Assembly: GCA_002773135.1 (NCBI GenBank)
Contig: PFCB01000028.1
Span: forward strand, 4,203 to 68,202
DNA length: 64,000 nt
Direction: 5' to 3'
Source of the DNA: Candidatus Magasanikbacteria bacterium CG10_big_fil_rev_8_21_14_0_10_47_10
Lineage (GTDB): Bacteria > Patescibacteriota > Patescibacteriia > Magasanikbacterales > UBA922
Under the pieces are notes generated by a model. The model ran no database searches. It had not been told where the DNA came from and saw nothing but the letters and a program-made list of their open reading frames with translations. Below are positions 21,002 through 30,425 of this stretch, piece after piece. Position 1 is the first letter of the stretch. Every line of letters begins with the position of its first letter. The translations under genes and the position numbers were made by a program.

Positions 21002-21232
21002 TCAGTGGAGTCGGCTCCTGAGCAACTCGTCCTGCACCCACTCCGCGACAGGGAGCCCTCGCGGCTTGCTGTTCGGATCGAGCACGAGCGGCTCCCCACC
21101 TTCCACCTGAAAGGTCCAGGTTCGCGCTCCACACGACTTGGCCGTGCACCGCTCGGCCTGCGGCATAGGGCCTGCAGCCAGCCACGCAACTTGGTAACGC
21201 TCCAATGGAGCGCCGCACTTGGGACACGTCAT
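21002..21232 (-). CDS. Small orphan zinc-ribbon protein (76 aa)
   Basis: CPKC...CTAKSC motif, AGGAGGT SD, upstream TTGACA-N17-TATCAG (21279..21251). Confidence 0.7.
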   Translation of the reverse strand: MTCPKCGAPLERYQVAWLAAGPMPQAERCTAKSCGARTWTFQVEGGEPLVLDPNSKPRGLPVAEWVQDELLRSRLH

Positions 21233-21324
21233 GATCTACCTCCTACAAAACTGATAACACAAATAAAGGCGCATGTCAATGCATGCACCTTTTTTATTCT
21301 CACGTATTAGTGCTTGATTGGTGA

Positions 21325-21675
21325 CTATCTTCCAAACAGATTGGCACCAAATAGCGCGATTGCAACGGTCACAAATAACAATATAAAACCAATATTATCC
21401 AATAATTTCTGTCGTTTTCTGAATGCTTCGAAATCTTTCCACTTTCCAGATTTCCATGCCATTTGACGCCCTTTTACACCCAGCCAAATTGCAACACCCA
21501 GCAATGAAATTTGACCAATGACAGGAACGAACGCAAGAACGATCAGGCCAAGACCTAATACATACAGTCTACTTCCTAATGCCCACAGCGGACCCATCAA
21601 AAATCCTCCCCAGCTCGCTTTTTTTACAAATACCTCAGGCGGATATGAGTGGGGTTTTTTCGACTCTTGTTCCAT
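21325..21675 (-). CDS. Small membrane protein (2-3 TM)
   Basis: SWGGFLMGPLWALG motif, hydrophobic helices, LG.KGR.MAW....W..FE.F...Q. Confidence 0.75.
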   Translation of the reverse strand: MEQESKKPHSYPPEVFVKKASWGGFLMGPLWALGSRLYVLGLGLIVLAFVPVIGQISLLGVAIWLGVKGRQMAWKSGKWKDFEAFRKRQKLLDNIGFILLFVTVAIALFGANLFGR

Positions 21676-21720
21676 ATATTCGATATTTTAGTAACATTAC
21701 GTATAAGTATACCATATTTG

Positions 21721-23196
21721 CTACTCCCCCACCCGATAATTCGGCGCGTCTTCAATTCGCCCCAAATCATGCGGATGGCTCTCTTTGAGTGATGATCCTG
21801 ATATTTTTACAAAATGGGCATTGCGCTGCAAATCAGCAATCGTGCGTGAGCCGGTATACCCCATGCCGGATCGCAAACCGCCGGCCAGCTGATATAGAAT
21901 GCGGTCCACCGTGCCCTTGTACGGAACGCGGCCACTCACACCCTCAGGGACAAACTTCATCTTTTGTGTGACATCTGCTTGGCCATAGCGATCTTTGCTT
22001 CCCTGTTCCATGGCTTGCAAAGACCCCATGCCACGATATGTTTTAAACATACGACCATCTATAAATTCAACACGCCCTGGTGATTCATCTGTCCCTGCAA
22101 ACAGGTTCCCCATCATTACGGTGGAAGCTCCTGCGGCAAGTGCTTTTACAATATCACCGGATGTTTTGATACCACCATCTGCAATAAGCGGTACAATTTT
22201 CTTCGCTGCGTGCACACCTTTTGCAACTTCCAAAATGGCTGACAACTGTGGCACGCCAATGCCGGCCACCACGCGCGTGGTGCAAATTGAGCCTGGCCCA
22301 ATGCCGACTTTCACAGCATCCGCACCCGCGTTAATTAGCGCGTGTGCTGCTTCTGCGGTTGCAATATTCCCTGCAATTACTTGCGCGCTTGGGTATGCTG
22401 CTTTTATTTCCAATACCGTAGAAATAACACCATCCGAATCACCATGTGCCGTATCTACCACCAGCACATCCGCGCGCTCGCGCAACAACGCTTCTGCGCG
22501 CGCAAGACCGGCTTGACCAACACCAACTGCTGCACCAACACGCAACTGTTTATTTTCGTCTTTTGCAGCGTCAGGATATTTGTGATTTTTTTCTATATCA
22601 TGTCGCGTTACCATACTCACCAATCGCCTTTTTTCATCAACAATACAAAGCGTGCGAAGTTTAAACTCTCGAATCATCATATTTGCCTGGTCCAAGGTAA
22701 TACCATCCTTTGCCAAAATCAATTCAGTGGCAGGCGTCATTCTATCTTTAACCAAAAGATGTGCGTCATCCGGAATAAAATAATCAACATCAGAAATAAT
22801 ACCCAGAAGAATGCCATTTTCATCAACAACAGGTGTCTTTTTAAACCCCTGCTGTTCACGAATATCCATCACCCGCTGTATAGTGTCATTTGGCCCCACT
22901 GTGGCTGGCCGCATAATAAACCCATTTTCAAAACGTTTTACTTTGTGAACTTCATACGCTTGCTCCTCTATTGAAAGATTTTTATGTATCACACCCAGCC
23001 CACCGGCCAACGCCATGGATATAGCCATTTTTGCTTGCGTCACCGTGTCCATTGGCGCAGACAAAAAAGGATTATTTAGCTGTATACTGCGTGTTAGTTG
23101 CGCATGGAGCGTGACATCCTTTGGCAACACATCAGAGTGCTGCGGAATAAGCAGCACATCATCAAATGTCAGAGTTGCCTCAAAAGGATCAAACAT
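21721..23196 (-). CDS. guaB: IMP dehydrogenase with CBS subdomain
   Basis: LTFDDVLLIP, SAPMDTVT, DTAHG, GIGPGSICTTR, IADGGI, YRGMGS, PEGVSG. Start placed at ATG 23196. Confidence 0.96.
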   Translation of the reverse strand: MFDPFEATLTFDDVLLIPQHSDVLPKDVTLHAQLTRSIQLNNPFLSAPMDTVTQAKMAISMALAGGLGVIHKNLSIEEQAYEVHKVKRFENGFIMRPATVGPNDTIQRVMDIREQQGFKKTPVVDENGILLGIISDVDYFIPDDAHLLVKDRMTPATELILAKDGITLDQANMMIREFKLRTLCIVDEKRRLVSMVTRHDIEKNHKYPDAAKDENKQLRVGAAVGVGQAGLARAEALLRERADVLVVDTAHGDSDGVISTVLEIKAAYPSAQVIAGNIATAEAAHALINAGADAVKVGIGPGSICTTRVVAGIGVPQLSAILEVAKGVHAAKKIVPLIADGGIKTSGDIVKALAAGASTVMMGNLFAGTDESPGRVEFIDGRMFKTYRGMGSLQAMEQGSKDRYGQADVTQKMKFVPEGVSGRVPYKGTVDRILYQLAGGLRSGMGYTGSRTIADLQRNAHFVKISGSSLKESHPHDLGRIEDAPNYRVGE

Positions 23197-23228
23197 AGAT
23201 ATTAAGCATAAAATTGAGCATATTCCAG

Positions 23229-23306
23229 GTGTCATTCCCGCGAAAGCGGGAATCCAGTAAAACAATGTTCCTGCTAACTGGATCCCCGCTTTCGCGGGGA
23301 TGACAC
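23229..23306. repeat. GTCAT-tagged REP-like doublet (ATTCCC-N8-GGGAAT type)
   Basis: GTGTCATTCCCGCGAAAGCGGGAATCCAG ... CTGGATCCCCGCTTTCGCGGGGATGACAC; the arms are inverted repeats of each other. Confidence 0.9.
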
Positions 23307-23391
23307 GATTAGTCCTTTATGCGCTCAATACACGCTACAAGTTACAGGATAATTGCATTCTATCATCCTTATTGTTATGATTCAAACCACT

Positions 23392-25269
23392 ATGAAAGAC
23401 CATATTGCCATACTGGATTTTGGATCTCAGTACACACATCTGATTGCCCGGCGCGTGCGTGAGTTGGGTGTCCGATCACATATTTATTCGTCTACCACGC
23501 TCGCCGATGACCTGGTTCATGCGGCCGGCATTATCCTTTCAGGTGGACCGGGTAGCATTGTAAAAAATGGACCACTCACTCATGATCCGGATATTTTTGA
23601 AATAGGGGTCCCTATGCTCGGCCTGTGCTATGGGCATCAGCTCATGGCATACCATTTTGGCGGACGGCTTGCTGCAGGAACAGCTAGAGAATACGGCAGC
23701 GCGGATCTTCATATTTCAGATTCTGCTATTTTTAATCAAATTGGTAATACAACAACGGTGTGGATGAGTCATGGCGAGCATGTTGCAGACCTGCCGGATG
23801 AATTTGTATGCATTGCCAATACAGGTAATGGCAGCGTTGGTGCTATGTCGCATGAAGAAAGACGCTTATTTGGTTTTCAATACCATCCGGAAGTGCATCA
23901 TTCTTCAGATGGCATAACCATGCTGCGCAATTTCATCTTTGATATTTGCAATGCTCAGAAAAATTGGAGCACAGCAAACCAACTGGAACAAATACAATGT
24001 CAAATTATTTCTGAAGCAGGCAACAAAAATGTTTTTCTTTTGCTCAGCGGTGGTGTTGATTCTACTGTCTGCTATGCACTGCTGAAAAAAACGTTGGGCA
24101 AACACCGCGTCTATGGTCTGCATGTGGATCATGGCATGATGAGAAAAAATGAGTCTACACAAGTTACCAAGGCACTTGCAGCTATTGGCCTCGATGACTT
24201 ACATGTGGCCAATGCGGAAACTACTTTTTTGGAAGCGCTTCGCGGTGTTGTTGATCCGGAACAAAAACGAAAGATTATCGGTGATCTATTTATTGATATT
24301 GCCAATACTGTCATGGCTGACCTGAAAATGAACAACGGAAATTGGCTGCTTGGCCAAGGTACTATTTATCCGGATACAATTGAATCAGGTGGTACAAAAA
24401 ATGCTGATACGATCAAAACACATCACAATCGAGTAGACAAAATTAATGAAATGATTGCGCAAGGATTAGTAATTGAACCAATTAAAGATTTGTATAAAGA
24501 CGAAGTGCGCGCAGTTGGCCGCGAGCTTGGTCTTCCATCAGAAATTGTTGACCGACATCCGTTTCCCGGACCTGGCCTGGCAATACGATGTTTGTGTTCC
24601 GACGGAAGTACTGAGCGAGCATCCGTCATTGCGAGCCCAGATCACAATACTCGTCATTGCGAGCGAAGCGAAGCAATCCCCCACATCAATGGGATTGCCG
24701 CGGTCGCTGCGCTCCCTCGCAATAACGAAATAAAATCTAGTACTGCTTATACTATATACAGGCTTCCCATCAAATCTGTGGGCGTCCAAGGTGATGAACG
24801 CAGTTACGCGCACCCGGCCGTGCTCACTGGATCATATAGTCTCCATGAACTGCAACAACTGTCCCCTACCATCACCAATCAGCATCATGATATAAACCGG
24901 GTACTTGGTCTGATATACGGCGATATAAATAAACTGAATGCATCGCTGATGCATAAAGCGGATGTGTGCAACGCGCGCCTTGATTTGCTACGCAATATAG
25001 ATCAGCGAGTAAATACTATTGTGCAGCGTGATCCAAACTGGAACAAGGTGTGGCAAATGCCTATTGTTCTTATTCCGTTTGGACATACAAAAAAAGAATC
25101 ACTTGTGATCCGGCCGGTAGAGTCAAGCGAGGCCATGACTGTTTCATTTGCGCCGCTGCATCCGGACACGCTGCGCGTAATAATAGAAGACCTGACTGTT
25201 TCTCAGCAGGTCGATTATATCTTCTACGATCTGACCAATAAACCACCCGGGACAATCGAATGGGAATGA
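23392..25269 (+). CDS. guaA: GMP synthase (glutamine-hydrolysing), long type, with in-frame palindromic insertion
   Basis: LDFGSQY, GLCYGHQ, QYHPEV, SGGVDS, QGTIYPD, IKTHHN, RHPFPGPGL, SVGVQGD.RSY, KPPGTIEWE. Confidence 0.96.
   Translation: MKDHIAILDFGSQYTHLIARRVRELGVRSHIYSSTTLADDLVHAAGIILSGGPGSIVKNGPLTHDPDIFEIGVPMLGLCYGHQLMAYHFGGRLAAGTAREYGSADLHISDSAIFNQIGNTTTVWMSHGEHVADLPDEFVCIANTGNGSVGAMSHEERRLFGFQYHPEVHHSSDGITMLRNFIFDICNAQKNWSTANQLEQIQCQIISEAGNKNVFLLLSGGVDSTVCYALLKKTLGKHRVYGLHVDHGMMRKNESTQVTKALAAIGLDDLHVANAETTFLEALRGVVDPEQKRKIIGDLFIDIANTVMADLKMNNGNWLLGQGTIYPDTIESGGTKNADTIKTHHNRVDKINEMIAQGLVIEPIKDLYKDEVRAVGRELGLPSEIVDRHPFPGPGLAIRCLCSDGSTERASVIASPDHNTRHCERSEAIPHINGIAAVAALPRNNEIKSSTAYTIYRLPIKSVGVQGDERSYAHPAVLTGSYSLHELQQLSPTITNQHHDINRVLGLIYGDINKLNASLMHKADVCNARLDLLRNIDQRVNTIVQRDPNWNKVWQMPIVLIPFGHTKKESLVIRPVESSEAMTVSFAPLHPDTLRVIIEDLTVSQQVDYIFYDLTNKPPGTIEWE
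24624..24727. repeat. CGTCATTGCGAG-type palindromic element inside the guaA coding sequence
   Basis: CGTCATTGCGAGC at 24624 and 24652; CGTCATTGCGAG...GCAATCCC / GGGATTGC...CTCGCAATAACG inverted arms. Reading frame preserved. Confidence 0.85.
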
Positions 25270-25301
25270 ATGTACGAATGGCTACTGAGTACAAAATACA
25301 C

Positions 25302-25400
25302 TTGTCATTCCCGCGAATGCGGGAATCCAGTCAGCTCAGCTATCCGCCCTGCCTGGATCCCCGATAGTCGACGCTCCGCGTCGTACTTCGAGGATGACAA
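25302..25400. repeat. GTCAT-tagged REP-like doublet, same family as 23229..23306
   Basis: TTGTCATTCCCGCGAATGCGGGAATCCAG ... CTGGATCCCCGA...TCGAGGATGACAA. Confidence 0.85.
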
Positions 25401-25439
25401 TGTCATCTGACATTATCCGAAAATCTAAATCATCAAAGG

Positions 25440-26354
25440 TTATTCAATCCCCATTTCTTCTTTCAACGCTTTTATTCCTTCTTCCAGCTCAATACTTGGT
25501 GCCCAGCCCAACAGTTGCTTTGCTTTTGTAATATCAGCACCGGAAAAACGAGGATCACCAGGGCGTTCCGGAACATTCACATGTTCCCCACCAATCAAGT
25601 CAACAAGCTGATTCACTGTTGTTGGTCTGCTATTACCAATATTGATTACGTCTCCCTTTCCTACTGTGTCCTTTGTCATTGCAAGTATGTTTGCTCGCAC
25701 CACATCAGACACATGCGTATAGTCACGATAATACTCTCCATCCCCGCAAACTGTCATGGGCTCGCCATTCTTTTTTTGTGTTAAAAATTTTCCAATAACC
25801 AATGCATAGGCACCCTCCGGATCAAAATATGGACCATACACATTAAAATAAATCAAACTGACTGTTTCAATATCATATAACTGCGCAAACAAACGACAAT
25901 AATGTTCTCCGGTCAACTTATGAAGCGCATACGGACTAATTGGCATTTTCACCGCACCATCTTCCTTCAGCAGCTCCTTTTCCTCTGCGCCATATGTTGA
26001 TGATGACGAGCTAAAGATAACACGCTTCACACCAGCGTCGCGCGCGGCTAGCAGCACGTTGAGCGTTCCATTAACATTTACATCATTTGTTTCAAGCGGA
26101 TGTTCAACAGAAAATGTTACCCGTGGCAATGCTGCCATGTGAAACACACCATCAACATTTTCCATTGCCCGAAGCAATGCATCAAAATCACGAATATCTC
26201 CTTCAATGTACGCAACGCCTTGTTGCAGCCGCTCCTCTTTTTTGCCACCTGCGTAGTTATCAAAAACACGAACTGTGTGACCCTCCGCAATAAGCTGAAC
26301 AACTAAATTTGTTCCAATAAAGCCTGCACCGCCTGTTACCAAATAATTTGCCAT
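25440..26354 (-). CDS. NAD-dependent nucleotide-sugar epimerase (WbpP/GalE-like extended SDR)
   Basis: TGGAGFIG, SSSSTYG, YALHK (YxxxK), YFNVYGP, RDYTHV. Confidence 0.9.
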   Translation of the reverse strand: MANYLVTGGAGFIGTNLVVQLIAEGHTVRVFDNYAGGKKEERLQQGVAYIEGDIRDFDALLRAMENVDGVFHMAALPRVTFSVEHPLETNDVNVNGTLNVLLAARDAGVKRVIFSSSSSTYGAEEKELLKEDGAVKMPISPYALHKLTGEHYCRLFAQLYDIETVSLIYFNVYGPYFDPEGAYALVIGKFLTQKKNGEPMTVCGDGEYYRDYTHVSDVVRANILAMTKDTVGKGDVINIGNSRPTTVNQLVDLIGGEHVNVPERPGDPRFSGADITKAKQLLGWAPSIELEEGIKALKEEMGIE

Positions 26355-26441
26355 AGTATGTGTGTTACGTCACAAAATTTACGGTTCAGATAATAATACA
26401 TGGCACCAATCACCATGAACTGTTAACATAAAACTTTAAAC

Positions 26442-27749
26442 CTACAAGGACCAGTATGTCAGGCCCGCTTGTTCTATATCATCTTTATTATATATGTGCT
26501 TTACATCAAAAAGCAACCGCGGCCCGCTCTTTTGCAGCAACTGGAGTAACGCCTCCGCGTTCATCTGTGCAAATTCCGTGTGCTTTACGGCAACGATACA
26601 TCCGTCGACGGTTACATCATCCAGCGAATCAATGAGATCAATACCATATTCGTGTTTCACTTCCGCCTTGTCTGCATGAGGATCATATACCAACACAGTG
26701 CAGCCATGCTTTTCTGTCAACGCCTTATAGAGTCCTGCGACTTTTGAGTTGCGTACATCTGGAATATTTTCTTTAAATGTTACACCCAACATGACCAACG
26801 TTGGAGACTCAACACCGCGTTGCGCGCACAACGTGTGAATAGAACGAGCTACAATATTATGCATGTCATCATTAATTTTTCTGCCGGACAAAATAACGTC
26901 CGGCCTATAACCATAAAACTGTGTCGCAGCATGCGTGAGATAATACGGGTCAACACCAATGCAATGACCACCAACCAAACCGGGCTGAAAATGTAAAAAA
27001 TTCCATTTGGTGCCGGCAGCTTCTAGCACGTCATATACACTAATTCCCATTTTGTTAAAAATGACAGCCAGCTCATTTACCAGCGCAATATTGACATCTC
27101 GCTGCGTATTTTCAATAACTTTTGCCGCTTCTGCAGCACGAATTGACGCGGCGCGAAATGTTGGCGCTATGGTGCCATATACTTTCTCAATCACGTCTGC
27201 TGACTCATCATCCATTCCAGAAACAACTTTCACCACTTTATCTATGGTGTGTTCTTTGTCACCTGGATTTACACGCTCCGGTGAATAACCAACCTTGAAA
27301 TCACTTCCAGCAACAAGATTTGATTCCTTTTCAAGGATAGGAACACATACATCCTGTGTTACGCCCGGATACACTGTCGACTCATACACAACAACAGAGT
27401 CGTTTACCATGTATTTTCCAACCATTTCGGTTGCACGCTCCACAATAGATAGGTCCGGAACAGTATTCTCGTCCACTGGCGTTGGCACAGCCACAATAAT
27501 AAATTTCGACTGTGCAATAACAGCCGGATCACTATTGAACGTCATCGTGCTAGCTGCCAAATTTGCTGCATCCACCTCACCAGTTCTATCAATCCCCTTT
27601 TTCAACTCTTCAATTTTTTTTGTATCAACATCAAGCCCGGCAACATCAAAATGCTTTGCCAAAAGTACGGAAAGCGGTAGCCCAACATAGCCGAGTCCAA
27701 CTACACAAATTTTTTCCTTTTTGGATTGAAGATCTGTAAATTGAAGCAT
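26442..27749 (-). CDS. UDP-N-acetylhexosamine 6-dehydrogenase (WbpO/TviB/WecC family)
   Basis: GLGYVGLP, AVPTP, ESTVYPG, YSPERVNPG, KVIEN.QRD.NIA, GGHCIGVDPYYL, FKENIPDVRNS. Confidence 0.92.
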   Translation of the reverse strand: MLQFTDLQSKKEKICVVGLGYVGLPLSVLLAKHFDVAGLDVDTKKIEELKKGIDRTGEVDAANLAASTMTFNSDPAVIAQSKFIIVAVPTPVDENTVPDLSIVERATEMVGKYMVNDSVVVYESTVYPGVTQDVCVPILEKESNLVAGSDFKVGYSPERVNPGDKEHTIDKVVKVVSGMDDESADVIEKVYGTIAPTFRAASIRAAEAAKVIENTQRDVNIALVNELAVIFNKMGISVYDVLEAAGTKWNFLHFQPGLVGGHCIGVDPYYLTHAATQFYGYRPDVILSGRKINDDMHNIVARSIHTLCAQRGVESPTLVMLGVTFKENIPDVRNSKVAGLYKALTEKHGCTVLVYDPHADKAEVKHEYGIDLIDSLDDVTVDGCIVAVKHTEFAQMNAEALLQLLQKSGPRLLFDVKHIYNKDDIEQAGLTYWSL

Positions 27750-27852
27750 ATTCCATCCGAGACACCTAACACTGAAAACTCGACACAATTTTTTTACAGT
27801 ATGTGTCACGTTATTAGTGACATGTGTTATGTAAAGTCTTAAACTATGCGTA

Positions 27853-29241
27853 TTACGCGTGCCCCCTTATAAACGGGCTTCCTACCGCTATCACGTCAAA
27901 CCCGGCATTCCGTAAATCAGCATACCGATGATGGAGCATCCGTCGACCATCCATAATAAGTGGTCGCGTTTGCAGTTCACTCACAATCACGTCTGCCAAA
28001 CCGCGAAACTGCGGCCAATCTGTGGCAATAATAATGACATCCGCATCTTTGACAGCATCAAACTCATGCGATGCATAGGTTCTTTTTTCTGTTTCAGCAA
28101 ACATGCTTTTGAACATATCCGATGCAGCAGGATCATAGAGCGACACATGTGATACGTTTTTTCCCTCCAAAAAATGCATGATATCAATACTTGGCGAATT
28201 GCGCGTATCGTTGGTATCACGTTTAAATGCAAGACCAAGCAAGGCAACACGTTTACCTGCCCAATCAAATCCCGCGTCCTTCTGCGCGCGACCTAAAAAT
28301 GTTTCCAACTGCCTTTTGTTGGCAATATAGGTTTCATTCACCAATACGGCTTCTTGCCCTGCTGTTTGCAATTGATGCGACAGTGACCGCGCATCTTTTA
28401 TAAAACAACTGCCGCCAGCGTACAGGCTATCGTAAAAACCCCACTTTCCAATTCTGTCGTCATTGATCAAAATACGACGCAAATTTTCAAATGATATTGC
28501 GTCAAACGCTTCTGCTGTACGACCAATCACATCAAAGCAAATTGCCAATTTATTAAACAAATAAAAATTCGCAAGCAGCTTTCCTGCAGCGGCTTCTTTT
28601 GGATTGACTTCAATATACTCAACATCAGGTGAATCATAAAAGCGTCTATAGACATTGCGCATAACATCAAAATCTTTTTCTTGCCACGCACCAACCACAA
28701 TTCTGTCTGGCTTCAGTGATCCCTGTATTGCCTTTCCCTCCACCAAAAATTCAGGGTTCGACACAACCCCCACATTGCGCACGCCTGCTTTATCCAAAAT
28801 TTCTTGCGTGTGATCAACCGTATCAATAGGAACCGTACTCTTATTTACAATAACAATATATTTTTGCTGTGCACCACCATCTCTTTTTGCAAGCGCAGTC
28901 GCGAGTTGCTCTGCCGCGCTATTGTAATACTCCATGTTGCTCTCTCCTGTTTCACCAATCTCCGGTGTTGGCAAACACATAAAAATAGCATCTACAGATG
29001 CCAAAAAATTCACTACATTGCTGTAGTCAGTTGTGAAGGCAATCCGCTCTTTATTGCGAACAAGCAAGTCGCCCAAACCTTTTTCAAAAAGACATGACTC
29101 TATGGTATCTCTGTCGCCAGAGGCAAGCATTTGAATCTTTTTCTGATCAATATCAAAAACAAGCGTGCTATGCCCACTGTCTGCTGCCACGGCCGCGCTG
29201 CACGCGCCGACAAATCCAGCACCAATATAAAGTATGTTCAT
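27853..29241 (-). CDS. UDP-glucose/GDP-mannose 6-dehydrogenase family protein
   Basis: GAGFVG, CLPTP, NKSTVP, SNPEFL.EG.A, GGSCFIKD, GLAFK.DTNDTRNS, DGR. Confidence 0.9.
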   Translation of the reverse strand: MNILYIGAGFVGACSAAVAADSGHSTLVFDIDQKKIQMLASGDRDTIESCLFEKGLGDLLVRNKERIAFTTDYSNVVNFLASVDAIFMCLPTPEIGETGESNMEYYNSAAEQLATALAKRDGGAQQKYIVIVNKSTVPIDTVDHTQEILDKAGVRNVGVVSNPEFLVEGKAIQGSLKPDRIVVGAWQEKDFDVMRNVYRRFYDSPDVEYIEVNPKEAAAGKLLANFYLFNKLAICFDVIGRTAEAFDAISFENLRRILINDDRIGKWGFYDSLYAGGSCFIKDARSLSHQLQTAGQEAVLVNETYIANKRQLETFLGRAQKDAGFDWAGKRVALLGLAFKRDTNDTRNSPSIDIMHFLEGKNVSHVSLYDPAASDMFKSMFAETEKRTYASHEFDAVKDADVIIIATDWPQFRGLADVIVSELQTRPLIMDGRRMLHHRYADLRNAGFDVIAVGSPFIRGHA

Positions 29242-29306
29242 ATGAAGGATATAGTACATTTTGCAGCACTCTTCGTCAAGCAATTGCGCTAATATAAGGG
29301 AAAATA

Positions 29307-29335
29307 TTGACTTTAGCAATTATGTATGGTATACA
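29307..29335 (+). promoter_or_regulatory. sigma70-like promoter
   Basis: TTGACT-N17-TATACA with TG at the extended position. Confidence 0.55.
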
Positions 29336-29363
29336 CACAGTCAAATCAACAGGGGGTGAAATC

Positions 29364-30179
29364 ATGCGCAAGATCGTGAACATCATCATTTGGATTGTTG
29401 CCATTGGCCTGCTGGTCATCTACCCGCTTGTAAGCCGCGCGGATGAGGCGGCCGAGGCAGATGCCGACGAGGTGTCCGCGTTCGACAAGGGCTCAGCCCT
29501 GTTCGAAGCACGCGACTACGAGGCAGCAAAAGCTGCGCTGCTGAAAGTGATCGCAGACTCCGAGCTCACCCTAGGCCAGCGCGAGGAAGTACTCTTCATG
29601 CTCGGAGCGTCGTGCCACGAGCTTGGCAACCTCACATGCGCTGTCTTCTACTTGGAGAACTATCTCGCGATTGCAACAATCGCGAGCCCTCACCTCATTG
29701 AGGCGCGCAACCGCGTGAAGCGCATCAAGAATCCACCTCCACCTGTTGTCGAGGCTCCAAAGGAGGAGCCACTGCCTCCACCGGCAACCATGCCATCACC
29801 GGCAGAAGAGCACAAAGATGCGGAAGCATTGGCAAAGGCAGCTGAGCCAAGCCGAGGCATCATGCCGAACTGGTACGTATGGACACTGGGTGGAGCAGCT
29901 CTTGCCTGCGGAGTTGGAACAGTGGTGTACGGAGTCGAAGCGTTGAACCGCGAAAAGCAGACCCACTCACAGGACATCCAAAGCCGCGCCGAATATAGGC
30001 AACGCGTGGATGACATGGAGTCTGCGCAGACAGCCACGAACGTCTTCCTGCTCTCATCTGCTGTGCTTGGCGCCTCGGCCGGTGTGCTCTGGTGGCTGGA
30101 TCTGCGCGAATCCACACCATCGAACGCTCTTTCTCTCACCCCCACCCCTTCCGGCGCGACGCTTTCTGTCGCTTTCTAG
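29364..30179 (+). CDS. Secreted/membrane TPR protein with Pro-rich linker and myxobacterial-style C-terminal hydrophobic hairpin
   Basis: Signal peptide (..SRA-DE), TPR-like helices, PPPPVVEAPKEEPLPPPA linker, two Gly/Ala-rich hydrophobic segments, terminal beta-like LSLTPTPSGATLSVAF. Confidence 0.8.
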   Translation: MRKIVNIIIWIVAIGLLVIYPLVSRADEAAEADADEVSAFDKGSALFEARDYEAAKAALLKVIADSELTLGQREEVLFMLGASCHELGNLTCAVFYLENYLAIATIASPHLIEARNRVKRIKNPPPPVVEAPKEEPLPPPATMPSPAEEHKDAEALAKAAEPSRGIMPNWYVWTLGGAALACGVGTVVYGVEALNREKQTHSQDIQSRAEYRQRVDDMESAQTATNVFLLSSAVLGASAGVLWWLDLRESTPSNALSLTPTPSGATLSVAF

Positions 30180-30196
30180 CCGGCATGAGGCTGTCC

Positions 30197-30267
30197 AAAA
30201 GACCGCCCCATTCCCCTGTTATTCTGATCAAATCGGAATAAAAGGAGGAGATGGGCGGTCTTTTTTT
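30197..30267 (+). terminator. Extended-stem terminator
   Basis: AAAAGACCGCCC...TTATTCTGAT-CAA-ATCGGAATAA...GGGCGGTC followed by a T7 tract. Confidence 0.7.
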
Positions 30268-30327
30268 GCTAAAATTAGGTAAAAAAAGGAAAATACAAGA
30301 ATGTTCCCTATTCTTTCAGTCTTCATA

Positions 30328-30356
30328 TTGACAAAACCGCTTAATTATGCTAAATT
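30328..30356 (+). promoter_or_regulatory. sigma70-like promoter
   Basis: TTGACA-N14-TGC-TAAATT. Confidence 0.65.
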
Positions 30357-30425
30357 ATCCTGTCTCGGTATACTAATATCGGACGTGTTTCTTACAACTC
30401 GCAGCCCTGTGGGCAAGGACAAGTC

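Noticed and set aside
23197-23265. N-terminal extension of GuaB (MFYWIPAFAGMT...)
   Set aside because: This is the translation of the REP-like element. The conserved IMPDH sequence starts at ATG 23196.
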